Source of the DNA: an uncultured archaeon
GTDB lineage: Archaea > Asgardarchaeota > Lokiarchaeia > Sigyniarchaeales > SOKP01
Length of the DNA stretch: 27,333 nucleotides
Direction: 5' to 3'
Assembly (NCBI GenBank): GCA_964388035.1
Contig: CAYLZE010000048.1
Location: 1-27,333, forward strand
Positions 8,969 through 18,158 of this stretch are shown here, in pieces. The notes below the pieces were generated by a model that was not told the DNA's origin, searched no databases, and worked only from the letters and a program-made list of their open reading frames with translations. Position 1 is the first letter of the stretch, and each line of letters begins with the position of its first letter. The position numbers were made by a program, and so were the translations under genes.

Positions 8969-11026
8969 ATGATTATCATGAAATCTATTGATAAAAAATT
9001 TAACAAAATTTATTCCGAACTAATTTTAGTATCCTTGATACTTTTAATCTTCTTTCAATTAATTTCAGATCTCGTGGAGACGATTTATATCAAATGCCTT
9101 TTATCTAATTCATTGAATGAAAACGTATTAGGAATATTAGCTCTTCTCTCACCTCTCGTTGTTTTTATTATTGGAAAAGGAAGGGATTTTTCTGATAAAG
9201 GAGTGATTGCAATCGGACTAATCATGGTGGGTTGTAGAGTTGTCGAGGCGTTCTTGACCATGGAAGCGAAAATTCTTTTTTCTGGAATTGGGATTGCGTG
9301 TTTCTTTATTTATTTCCCTCTTTATTTTCTTAAAAAGGATGCACAAGAAGGGGAAAAGAATGGATTGATATTGGGGCTTGGATTGGCATTTGCAGTTTCA
9401 TTATCCGTCCTTTTACGAGCTTGGGGATCTTCCTTGGATATTTCCACTTATGGATTATTTCAATGGATCGGATGGATAATAGCATTTTTCGCAGCGATCA
9501 TGATTATAGAAAATGCCTTACAAATCCCGGCACTACCTACGCAAGAAAAAAGCGATCGAGTACCTAGTAGTAAAAAAAAAATTCTAGGACTTACCTTAGG
9601 TTTAATTGGAATTTTAATTGTAGGCTATTTCGCTTTTAGCAGTCCCACTGTAATTGCAAGGTGGACAGAGATGAATTATTTCGTGGTGATTATCCTTTTA
9701 GTGATGATGATCACCATATTTGTCGTTATCGCCTCTTATAAACCAGAATTAATAAGTAAATTGAATCGCAAAGTTCTACTAATTTGGAATGCTCTTTTCG
9801 TGCTTTTCTTAACCTTAACAATCGCAGTAAATCAAGTAATATTCATAGATGATCCTGCATATTATCCGATCGTAGTTCCAGCAACAAGCATCTGGCAACA
9901 ACTTCCCGCCATCGTGATGTTAATTCTTTCACCAATACTATTCATTGATTTCACGCTTTTTTCAAGAGAATTAATAAAGGGCAGGCCTTCTCCACGAACC
10001 TTAGGGGGAAGCTTTACAATTGCGACCTTATTTTTCTTGCTAATGATTTTTGCCAATATCTTTACCGCAGTATGGGATTATATTCCTGTGGTGGGAGGAT
10101 TTTTCAGGGACTTGTATTGGGTGGTCTTCATGGTTGCGGGATTGGCTGTTGCCCTACCTTCTCTTCTCATAATGAAAAAAACGCTTAGATTTAAAATGCC
10201 TGCTTTTAACGTGAAGGATAGAGTGAAAGTCATCATAATAATTGTGATCATCAGCGTTGGAACGATTACAGGGATTTTTGTAGTTAATGCTAGGCCAATA
10301 ACACCAATGGGAGCTAAAAATACTCTTACTATTTTTACTTATAACGTCCAACAAGGGGTAAATGAGCCGGGGGTAAAAAATTTTGAGGATCAGATCCAAT
10401 TAATAAAAAGTATTGATCCTGACATTCTTGGCTTGGAAGAAACGGATACTGCGAGGATTGCAGGTGGAAATTCTGATCTCGTTAGAAAATTCGCTGATAG
10501 CCTAAACATGTATTCATATTATGGGCCCAAGACAGTAACATCAACCTTCGGAGTAGCATTATTATCCAAATATCCTATTAAAAATGCAGAAACCTTTTAC
10601 ATGTACAGTCTTCAAAAGTGGTCTCATACTCGAGAGCAAACGGCTTGTATCGAAGCAGAGATAACCATCGGGGCGATAACATATACCGTATTTGTTACAC
10701 ATCTTGGAAATGGCGCCCCTATAATCGAACAACAAGAAATATTACAAAGGGTTGCACAGAAATCGAATATTATCCTCATGGGTGATTTTAATTTTAAACC
10801 TGATTCCGAGCAATATAAGATAACAACACAAGTTTTAGTAGAATGCTGGGATGTTGCAAAAGTTAAAGTAGTAGGGGCAATTCCCGTTGATAGCGATCCC
10901 ATACCCGCACAAAGAATCGATCATATTTTTATATCCCCGACATTCAAGAACGACGTGGCATATTGTGAATACTTTGGTGGTACCATATCAGACCATCCCG
11001 CATGCTATGCAATATTAAATATATAA
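8969..11026 (+). CDS. Multi-TM membrane protein with C-terminal EEP (endonuclease/exonuclease/phosphatase) domain, Cwh43/PGAP2IP-like
   Basis: About 13 TM helices, then the EEP motifs TYNVQQG, ILGLEE, THL, MGDFN, RIDH, SDH. The segment GLEETDTARIAGGNSDL...LNMYSYYGP...FGVALLSKYPI resembles the Cwh43 C-terminal domain. Confidence 0.85.
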   Translation: MIIMKSIDKKFNKIYSELILVSLILLIFFQLISDLVETIYIKCLLSNSLNENVLGILALLSPLVVFIIGKGRDFSDKGVIAIGLIMVGCRVVEAFLTMEAKILFSGIGIACFFIYFPLYFLKKDAQEGEKNGLILGLGLAFAVSLSVLLRAWGSSLDISTYGLFQWIGWIIAFFAAIMIIENALQIPALPTQEKSDRVPSSKKKILGLTLGLIGILIVGYFAFSSPTVIARWTEMNYFVVIILLVMMITIFVVIASYKPELISKLNRKVLLIWNALFVLFLTLTIAVNQVIFIDDPAYYPIVVPATSIWQQLPAIVMLILSPILFIDFTLFSRELIKGRPSPRTLGGSFTIATLFFLLMIFANIFTAVWDYIPVVGGFFRDLYWVVFMVAGLAVALPSLLIMKKTLRFKMPAFNVKDRVKVIIIIVIISVGTITGIFVVNARPITPMGAKNTLTIFTYNVQQGVNEPGVKNFEDQIQLIKSIDPDILGLEETDTARIAGGNSDLVRKFADSLNMYSYYGPKTVTSTFGVALLSKYPIKNAETFYMYSLQKWSHTREQTACIEAEITIGAITYTVFVTHLGNGAPIIEQQEILQRVAQKSNIILMGDFNFKPDSEQYKITTQVLVECWDVAKVKVVGAIPVDSDPIPAQRIDHIFISPTFKNDVAYCEYFGGTISDHPACYAILNI

Positions 11027-11028
11027 AC

Positions 11029-11037
11029 TTTTTTTTT
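11029..11037 (+). terminator. Oligo-T archaeal terminator candidate
   Basis: T9 run immediately after the stop of 8969..11026. Confidence 0.4.
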
Positions 11038-11204
11038 AATTTAATTCATTTCTTCATTTTATTTGAATGTTTGGTTAAGTTAGATAATTCGAGATGAAGT
11101 TCCATAATTAAAAGATTCCCTAATTCTATGAACTCCATGGGATAAACTAGTAAAAGTTATTTATAACTCAATAAAAAAACTAAAAAAAATGAATAAAAAA
11201 AAGA

Positions 11205-12599
11205 TTAGGGCTTTAAACGGCTAAGCTCATCTCTCATGGAATCTAATTTTCGACCGTGCAAATCATATGATTTTAAAAACACTATAGCTATGACTAAGGC
11301 TATTGCGGGAAATAAGAACATCAGGAGTTTTAAACCAATCATCACGTCTACTCCAGGATTCGGGTTATAACCAGCCCATCCTGCTCCGGTGAAAACTATC
11401 GCGATAGTAGAAATTATAAGAATGATATGTAATCGATGAACAAATGCATTGGTTCCGTAGAAGCTGGCTGATCTTTTGACGCCGTGAGTTAATTCATCTT
11501 GGTCAATCACATCTCCTAGCATGATGTCAAAATAAAACATGTTTCCGCTGATACCAAATCCCACGATAGCAGCAAATAATATTCCTAATGCCATCATTCC
11601 TTCCCCTAATAATAGAAAGGGGAATAAAGAAACAATCCAAACTAGCTCGGAAATAATAAATGCTTTTCTCATGCCAAATTTCATTCCCATTTTTCTATGG
11701 ATGGGCATTGTAAGTGCTGCTACAATAAAAGCCATCATTAATGACATCCCAATAATAAGAGAGCCCCTCCCAACATCTAACACGTGTAAGCAATACAGAG
11801 GCCAAATGGTAGTCATCATGGTTAATACGTACCAATTCATGGTATTTGCAAGAACTAGCTTAACGAACGTGCGATTCCTAAAGCTCAATTTCAAGGAAGC
11901 AAAAAATGATGGACGAAGTTCAAACTGTTCTTGTAGTTCCTCTTTTTCTTTCACTCCATACTTAATGAATAATATCCCGGTTATGATGGTTATAATTGCG
12001 AATACAATGCCAACAGAAACGTACATCGAAGGAATTCGGGCTATTTCTTCAGGAGTACTATCGGGTAATGGAGCCATGGGAGAAATTACAAAGGTGGGAA
12101 ATACCATGGCAAATAAAATAGCAATAATCGTAATTACTCTTAAAACAAGGTTAGCAGATGCTCTTTCTTCTTCATTGGGCCACATTTCTGGAAATATTGC
12201 CTTGGTATTTACATCAAAGAGTGTATATATTAGCTCAAAAGTGAGGATAATCATCAGAAAATATACAAAATCCATACCTGCGGGAACCGTGAAGAGTAAA
12301 ATCATCCATAGACTTAATGGACCAATTGCAATGATCATAAAAAATCTTCGCTTCCCTAATTTTCCATATTTTTTTCTATCGGATAATGCCCCAAGCATAG
12401 GATCATTTGCTGCATTCCAAATACCCCAGATAACATATGCCAGCCACATTAAAAACATACTGATTCCTACAACCGCAAAATAGTACGTGAATACAAGAAA
12501 GGAAAAAGCTTGATATGTCATCAAGTCAGGAAATCCATTTAATCCAAAAAAGATCTTATCTTTTAATGTCCTTTTTAAAGTGTGTTTTTCTTCACTCAT
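11205..12599 (-). CDS. MFS transporter, GPH (MelB/Mfsd2-like) family
   Basis: IWNAANDPMLGALSDR...GKRRFF, EEERASAN, LGDVIDQDEL..GVKRSASFYG; 12-TM pattern. Confidence 0.92.
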   Translation of the reverse strand: MSEEKHTLKRTLKDKIFFGLNGFPDLMTYQAFSFLVFTYYFAVVGISMFLMWLAYVIWGIWNAANDPMLGALSDRKKYGKLGKRRFFMIIAIGPLSLWMILLFTVPAGMDFVYFLMIILTFELIYTLFDVNTKAIFPEMWPNEEERASANLVLRVITIIAILFAMVFPTFVISPMAPLPDSTPEEIARIPSMYVSVGIVFAIITIITGILFIKYGVKEKEELQEQFELRPSFFASLKLSFRNRTFVKLVLANTMNWYVLTMMTTIWPLYCLHVLDVGRGSLIIGMSLMMAFIVAALTMPIHRKMGMKFGMRKAFIISELVWIVSLFPFLLLGEGMMALGILFAAIVGFGISGNMFYFDIMLGDVIDQDELTHGVKRSASFYGTNAFVHRLHIILIISTIAIVFTGAGWAGYNPNPGVDVMIGLKLLMFLFPAIALVIAIVFLKSYDLHGRKLDSMRDELSRLKP

Positions 12600-12729
12600 T
12601 TATATCTTCAAACCATATAGTAATTGATGTAGTTATATAAGAATAGGTTTTGTACCATATAAATCCATGACAATTTTCTACATCGAATCTAAAGAAGAGA
12701 GAATGTTGAGTGAAATAATAGTGAAAAAA

Positions 12730-13782
12730 TTATAAGGAAAAGATTTGAGCCAACCGATAGGTTCCTATTAAGGAAATTATTATTCCAAATATAATAGATA
12801 TTGAGTATAAATAGAATGCATAGGAACCAAGGGTAATATGATACCTTTTTCCTTTTTCAGTTTTATTTAATAGCGGAATACCAAAAAACGAACCTATAAG
12901 AATTAGTATCATGGTAATCAGCCCAATTATGCCGTGTAAGGAATAAAATATGCTTCCTCTAAGTTCAAAAGTTACGATTACCCAATAAATGAAGGTTGCT
13001 AAGGCCCCCGAAAAGAAAAGAATAGAAAATAACGCATGGAACCTTTTAGAGATAAAGTTAGGTAGCGCTATAAAGTCCGTTTTCCGACCACTAAATTTGC
13101 GTCCTGAAACAAACGATAATCCCGCAAAAATGAAAGTAATGGAAAAAAGATATGCGTGTACTATCCAAGCGGAAAAATTGGTTCTCATAGCTTGATCACT
13201 CCATCCTCGTTGTTCCCAATATCCGATATAATCATAATTAACAACTTCAATCTTGGTAATCCATTTTACCCATTTATACCCATAATGATCGGGACAGACT
13301 AATCTAAGAGGGAAGCCTTGTTCCTTAGGTAAAGGAACGCCATTCATATTATATGCCAATAAAATGTTTTCTGCAGAAGCTTCTCTGAGATTAAGTGAAT
13401 CAGCATATCCATCCGTAGCATAAAAAACAATATCATAGCTTCCTTCCTTCAAACCCGCCATATTTAAAAGTATGATTAAGGGCACTCCCTCCCATTCAGC
13501 AGTTCCGGTATATCCCTCCACACAATCTAACGTAGCTATCTCCTTTTTTGATTCTAATTGAGTGAACTGTTCATAATTATAGTGGAGTTTGTATTCAATA
13601 TTCCCTGTTATATCTAAGGACCATTCTTCTTGATTTATATTAGGAATCGCTCCTTTTTGAAGGACGAAAAATTGATCATTAGGTGTCATGAACGATCGTG
13701 AAAGGTGCATTAAACCTACGATCATTAATGGGAGAAATAATAGAATGAGGGTTTTAATCAAAATGGAATAGGATTTTTGCAT
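12730..13782 (-). CDS. Sulfite-oxidase-family molybdopterin oxidoreductase (MsrP/YuiH-like) fused to a 4-TM cytochrome b-like domain
   Basis: N-terminal TM/signal; TLDCVEG (Mo-ligating Cys), AEWEGVPL, DGYADSL, LAYNMNGVPLPKEQGFPLRLVCPDHYGYKWVKWI, GYWEQRGWS; four C-terminal TMs each carrying a His (IVHAY, RFHAL, SLHGI, RYHIT). Confidence 0.85.
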   Translation of the reverse strand: MQKSYSILIKTLILLFLPLMIVGLMHLSRSFMTPNDQFFVLQKGAIPNINQEEWSLDITGNIEYKLHYNYEQFTQLESKKEIATLDCVEGYTGTAEWEGVPLIILLNMAGLKEGSYDIVFYATDGYADSLNLREASAENILLAYNMNGVPLPKEQGFPLRLVCPDHYGYKWVKWITKIEVVNYDYIGYWEQRGWSDQAMRTNFSAWIVHAYLFSITFIFAGLSFVSGRKFSGRKTDFIALPNFISKRFHALFSILFFSGALATFIYWVIVTFELRGSIFYSLHGIIGLITMILILIGSFFGIPLLNKTEKGKRYHITLGSYAFYLYSISIIFGIIISLIGTYRLAQIFSL

Positions 13783-14075
13783 TTTAACTTTTTTTTTTAC
13801 TTTTCAGAACTTAACATCCATAATATCTTAGAATGTTATTAAAACTTCCTCTTATGTTAAAAAAGTATTATCGGAATCTATGGCATGAGTTAAAAAAGTT
13901 CCTTAATAATGATTCTGAATCCAACTATTTTAAGCAAGAAATAAATGTGGACATGAGGATAAACCATATCTATGTTATTTCAAATAATTAATAAAGAAGT
14001 ATTAAGATATTGCATTTAAAATCATAGTTTAGGTTTGAATTTTTTTGGAATTCAAATTCATTAATAATAACAACG

Positions 14076-14693
14076 TCAGAGATCCTTAGATCCATCATAT
14101 CTGAGTGAATGAATGGAAATCAATATCACGTATAGTATGAACATTCCTATTGCGAACCATTCAAGGATGAAAACTGCATACAAGAACGCACCATAGATGA
14201 AATTGATTGCTGCACTCACTAAACCAAATATAGCAAGAAGTTTAAGTGTCTTGAGAAGTCTTAATAAGATCGTTGCCGAAAAGGTTAGGAAAAAACCAGC
14301 GAAGATAATGTGGATTTTGCCCGAAACCTCATGGACTTGTGTTTGTACCCCAAGGGGAAAGAGCGCGGTTATGATTAGAGAAATCGCCGAAATAATATTC
14401 GACACTTGGGCAATCGCTAATAAAACCCCACGTTTCTTCTCTCCATTGTCCCATATCCGAAGTCCGAGGCTAAAAACAATCAGAGAGAGCCCTGCAATAA
14501 TGCATCCCAAGTTGTATAAAAGAGCCCCATTTGTATTGACAAGGGGATTTCCCAAATCGCTAAGCCAATTGTCGATCGGATTGTATGAAATGGGATACAA
14601 GAGATAAGCGATTATCGCAAAAACCAGGTAAGAGGCACTTCCCGTGAAACCAGCCATCCAAACTAACTTATTGTTTATTTTATTAGCTTTCAT
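14076..14693 (-). CDS. DUF998-family membrane protein
   Basis: YPISYNPIDNWLSDLG, ALFP...VHEV, ILEW; about 6 TMs. Start placed at ATG 14693 (MKANK); the ORF track starts at TTG 14732. Confidence 0.75.
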   Translation of the reverse strand: MKANKINNKLVWMAGFTGSASYLVFAIIAYLLYPISYNPIDNWLSDLGNPLVNTNGALLYNLGCIIAGLSLIVFSLGLRIWDNGEKKRGVLLAIAQVSNIISAISLIITALFPLGVQTQVHEVSGKIHIIFAGFFLTFSATILLRLLKTLKLLAIFGLVSAAINFIYGAFLYAVFILEWFAIGMFILYVILISIHSLRYDGSKDL

Positions 14694-14785
14694 AAGTAGT
14701 TCTTTTCTTGCAAGGATAATAAAATTATCCAATTTATTAACTTTTATTTAAAAATCGAGGTAATTTTCCAATTTAATTTTACTCG

Positions 14786-15697
14786 TTAAATGTGTCTTGT
14801 ATTAAAAATATCAGAAACAAACCCCCAGCTTTTTAAAATATTTTCCGCTTCCCCCATCAGATTTTCAATTACTTCTTTCAGAGGAAGCATTTCACTAACG
14901 TGACCAATTGCCGTAGAAGGGGCCATGAAATTTTTAGTATTGTAATGATAAATTTTTGTATAAAAATCCTCAGAAAATATATTTTGATTAATCCATTTCA
15001 TTTTTACCTTTAGAGGGGCCGGACATTCTAAAGTGGTCATCAATGCTGTCCCAAGACACGTTGCTTCTGCTCCCATAAATAAAGTGCTTAAAAATCCCCG
15101 CCCATCTCCAATTCCACCAGCAGCTATAATGGGAATGGAAAGAAGTTTTTTTCCCATGGTGATGTTAACTAAGGTGGTGTTAGTAAGAGGGTGCTTGAAA
15201 CCCGTTCCTTCCAATCCAACGACGGAGACGGCATCTGCACCTTCCATTCCAGCAGAGAGAGCGTGTTTCATTAGCACGCATTTATGAATCCAAATTCCTT
15301 CTGATTCATGTATTCTTTGTCCAATAAAAGCCGCTTTATATCCCGAGGTAGTAAAAATATTCACTCCTTCATCTAAGGCAATTTTTACATATTGAAGATA
15401 GTCTTCTTTCGATCTCGTTTTCTTACTTGAGCTTCCTAATTTCGAATGGGGGAGAGATAGATTGACCCCAAAGGGTTTATTTGTTAATTGTTTCATGGAT
15501 TTCAAGTCTTCTCTAAAATCCTCAAAATCAGGAAAATTTAAAGCAGCAATGATTCCTAACCCTCCCGCATTCGAGAAGATTGATGCGAATTTCGATTTCC
15601 CCCAGCCTCCGAAGGCACCCATAATTAGAGGATACTTAATTTTAGTGAGTTCCGTTATTTTAGTTTTCCAAATCATTGAATTTAATTCCACTGTCAA
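14786..15697 (-). CDS. Nitronate monooxygenase / FabK-like FMN-dependent oxidoreductase
   Basis: KTKITELTKIKYPLIMGAF, NAGGLGII, TNKPFGVNL, GADAV, PIIAAGGIGDGRG, LGTALM; start TTG 15697 or ATG 15676. Confidence 0.88.
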   Translation of the reverse strand: MTVELNSMIWKTKITELTKIKYPLIMGAFGGWGKSKFASIFSNAGGLGIIAALNFPDFEDFREDLKSMKQLTNKPFGVNLSLPHSKLGSSSKKTRSKEDYLQYVKIALDEGVNIFTTSGYKAAFIGQRIHESEGIWIHKCVLMKHALSAGMEGADAVSVVGLEGTGFKHPLTNTTLVNITMGKKLLSIPIIAAGGIGDGRGFLSTLFMGAEATCLGTALMTTLECPAPLKVKMKWINQNIFSEDFYTKIYHYNTKNFMAPSTAIGHVSEMLPLKEVIENLMGEAENILKSWGFVSDIFNTRHI

Positions 15698-15707
15698 GTA
15701 GTTTTAA

Positions 15708-15878
15708 TTAATGGTCATATTCCGCAGGTCCTTTCTCCTTCCCTTCTTTGATGAAATTAGGCTTATGAGTAGCTTCACATTTCCGTCGGGAAGCCCAATT
15801 TTTCCATATAATATCTAATTCTCGATCATTATCGTTATTGCAATTCTTTTTTGGATGTTTTTCTATCTTTTTAGGCAT
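15708..15878 (-). CDS. Small hypothetical protein
   Basis: MPKKIEK...IIWKNWASRRKCEA...EYDH; ends 10 nt before the NMO-like gene on the same strand. The ORF track starts at 15923. Confidence 0.45.
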   Translation of the reverse strand: MPKKIEKHPKKNCNNDNDRELDIIWKNWASRRKCEATHKPNFIKEGKEKGPAEYDH

Positions 15879-16037
15879 ATATTCTCTATTTTTGAATAAT
15901 TTTAGATCGATTAAATAATCCATTATATTCTTCGTTTCAATTAGATTATACTTATAAAAATACTTTTTTCAATTAAAATTTAAAAATTTTTTATAGCCAC
16001 CTTTAATTCTTAGAGATAAAGTGAATTTGTAAAAATA

Positions 16038-17345
16038 ATGAAAGAAGACTATTCTAGGATTCTAAACGAACAAGGATCCCAGTTAAAGAATAAATTAGCA
16101 GAACTTTGGCGACAAAATAGTGTCCGCGGAACATTATTTTTACATTCCCTGTACATATTTTTGGGATTAGTCATTACCCTTTTCTTTTTGCGGGATCAGA
16201 ACGATTTTATTGTCTTCATGAAAGCAGGGGAAATCTTTCTTACTAAACCAAATGAATTGTATAATCAAGAATATTATTTATGGGATTTTCGATATTTTCC
16301 CGTGGTAGCTATCCTTTTCATTCCTTTTTATTTATTGGGTTTTGATTGGGGGTTTATTATTTTTAATTTAATGAGTTTAATTCTAAATGTTTTAATTTGT
16401 ATTTTAATATATAAGCTGATTTTATTGGTTAGAAATCCCGATCAAGAGACTGATACGAAACGACCTCTTTTATATAGCTGCTTTTACCTAATGGGAGTTC
16501 CACACGTGTTCAATTACGTTTTAGGGCAATTTAATATACCTTTTATTTTTGTAATTTTACTCTCCCTTTATCTATTTTTGAAAAAAAAAGGATTAAAATG
16601 GGAATTTGTGGCGGGGCTATTAATTGGAATAAGCATCATTTTAAAACCCATTGCTCTTACTTTAGTTCCTTTTATACTCATCATTCACCTTGATTTAAAA
16701 AGGAAGAAACTTAACATTAATTATTCGAAGAGTATTGTAAGATTAATGGGAGTAATCGTGCCAAACTTGTTTAACATCTTACTATTTATTCTCTATCCTC
16801 AAATGTTCAATGGTTTCATGGAAACTAACTTCACGGGGTCTACTCCTATAAGAATCAATTTTTCTTTTAGTGTTACGAAACTTATTTTGAATTTTTGTTA
16901 TATTGCAGATATTCCCTTCAATCAATTAACTATCCTTTTTGTAGTAGGGGTGATTTTTGCAGGAATAGCATTTTTTACTTACATAATTGGAGATGAAAAT
17001 GAATATAAAATTATTTATGGGTTTACTTTTGGCATTTTAATCCAATTGTTGGTTTTTTATGATTCATGGGATCATCATCTTTTAAATCTGACTCCTTTAT
17101 TGATATTGATAATCTTCAATTTACCCCGCCATTCTAAACTGGCTGCACCCTATTTTAAGAAGGGATTTTTCTTTCTGAACTTTTTTGATTTACTTTTCAT
17201 GAGTTTTTGGTTCTTGACGGCACCTTATTTTCCTTTCAATTACTATTCAACCGTGTTTTTAATCATAATTTTTATTGGAACGTGCAAATGCAGCATGTCA
17301 TTAAATAGCGTGCTGAATCTTCGAGAGAAAGAGGGGATCAAATGA
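16038..17345 (+). CDS. GT87/DUF2029 family GT-C glycosyltransferase (PimE-like)
   Basis: NDFIVFMKAG...LY...FRYFP, LGQFN, GISIILKP, SWDHH; about 11 TMs. Confidence 0.85.
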   Translation: MKEDYSRILNEQGSQLKNKLAELWRQNSVRGTLFLHSLYIFLGLVITLFFLRDQNDFIVFMKAGEIFLTKPNELYNQEYYLWDFRYFPVVAILFIPFYLLGFDWGFIIFNLMSLILNVLICILIYKLILLVRNPDQETDTKRPLLYSCFYLMGVPHVFNYVLGQFNIPFIFVILLSLYLFLKKKGLKWEFVAGLLIGISIILKPIALTLVPFILIIHLDLKRKKLNINYSKSIVRLMGVIVPNLFNILLFILYPQMFNGFMETNFTGSTPIRINFSFSVTKLILNFCYIADIPFNQLTILFVVGVIFAGIAFFTYIIGDENEYKIIYGFTFGILIQLLVFYDSWDHHLLNLTPLLILIIFNLPRHSKLAAPYFKKGFFFLNFFDLLFMSFWFLTAPYFPFNYYSTVFLIIIFIGTCKCSMSLNSVLNLREKEGIK

Positions 17346-18103
17346 AAAGGAGGCAAATTTCTCTTACCATTTTACTGGTATTATTTTTCTTTCTCGTGGT
17401 TCTGACTCCTCTCAGTCTCGCTATTACCTATAATGCAGATTTTAAGGAAAATGATGTAATGATCTGGAGATGTAATGTATGCGATGAAGAGAAAATGGAA
17501 CAAGTTTTTGGAGAAACGTGGCAAACTCATTTCGAATTATTTCATAACATTAAAGCAGGATATAAAATGAAATGGGTTATAACAGGAGTAGATAATAATG
17601 CTTTAAAATATAGTGGAAAAACAAAAAGCAAAGTGGGAGCTATTAGCATTACTTATGAGTATTGGATGTGGACTGAAAACGAATGGGAGGAGAAACCTCA
17701 AGAAGACAATTTTTTCTTCTACAAGAATTCAAGTTATTTTAATGATAATTTACTTTTTGCTAATTTTGTGCCTTTATGGTTTCCCGCTCCAACTCGAGAA
17801 TATCTTAGAAGTTTAGATACCGTACTATATAAAGGGTATCAAGTGGATGTAACCTATTTATTAACACTTACATGTGAAGTAAATGCAGGAGATAATCTGG
17901 GAGGAAATCCTTCTGAATATATTAAAGTATTAGCAATTTATGATAGTCACGGAATCTTGTCATCGTACAAATTATATATTAAAAATCATTACGTTCTAAT
18001 CGATATTTCCATTGATAATAGCTTTGAATATCAATTACCCGTATTCATTATATTAACAACAGCATTTACAGTGGTAACCATCTACTTTTATAAAAAAGTA
18101 TGA
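17342..18103 (+). CDS. Exported protein with signal peptide and C-terminal TM anchor, hypothetical
   Basis: MKRR plus hydrophobic signal ending SLA; soluble domain with CNVC; C-terminal TM followed by KKV; 4-bp ATGA overlap with the GT87 gene (translational coupling). Confidence 0.8.
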   Translation: MKRRQISLTILLVLFFFLVVLTPLSLAITYNADFKENDVMIWRCNVCDEEKMEQVFGETWQTHFELFHNIKAGYKMKWVITGVDNNALKYSGKTKSKVGAISITYEYWMWTENEWEEKPQEDNFFFYKNSSYFNDNLLFANFVPLWFPAPTREYLRSLDTVLYKGYQVDVTYLLTLTCEVNAGDNLGGNPSEYIKVLAIYDSHGILSSYKLYIKNHYVLIDISIDNSFEYQLPVFIILTTAFTVVTIYFYKKV

Positions 18104-18158
18104 ATATCTACGACAGAAAAGGCTAAATGAATAGGAATTGAGCAATAAAAGTAAGAGA

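Noticed and set aside
8745-11139. CATGGAGT motif at about 8757 and 8785, inverted at about 11132, flanking the Cwh43-like gene
   Set aside because: Only 8-9 bp, with no target-site duplication or transposase; cannot be separated from chance.
11539-12483. 314-aa antisense ORF, and similar shadow ORFs at 2514, 3149, 8127, 10624, 14197, 15033, 19830, 24867 and 26990
   Set aside because: Antisense shadows of well-supported genes.
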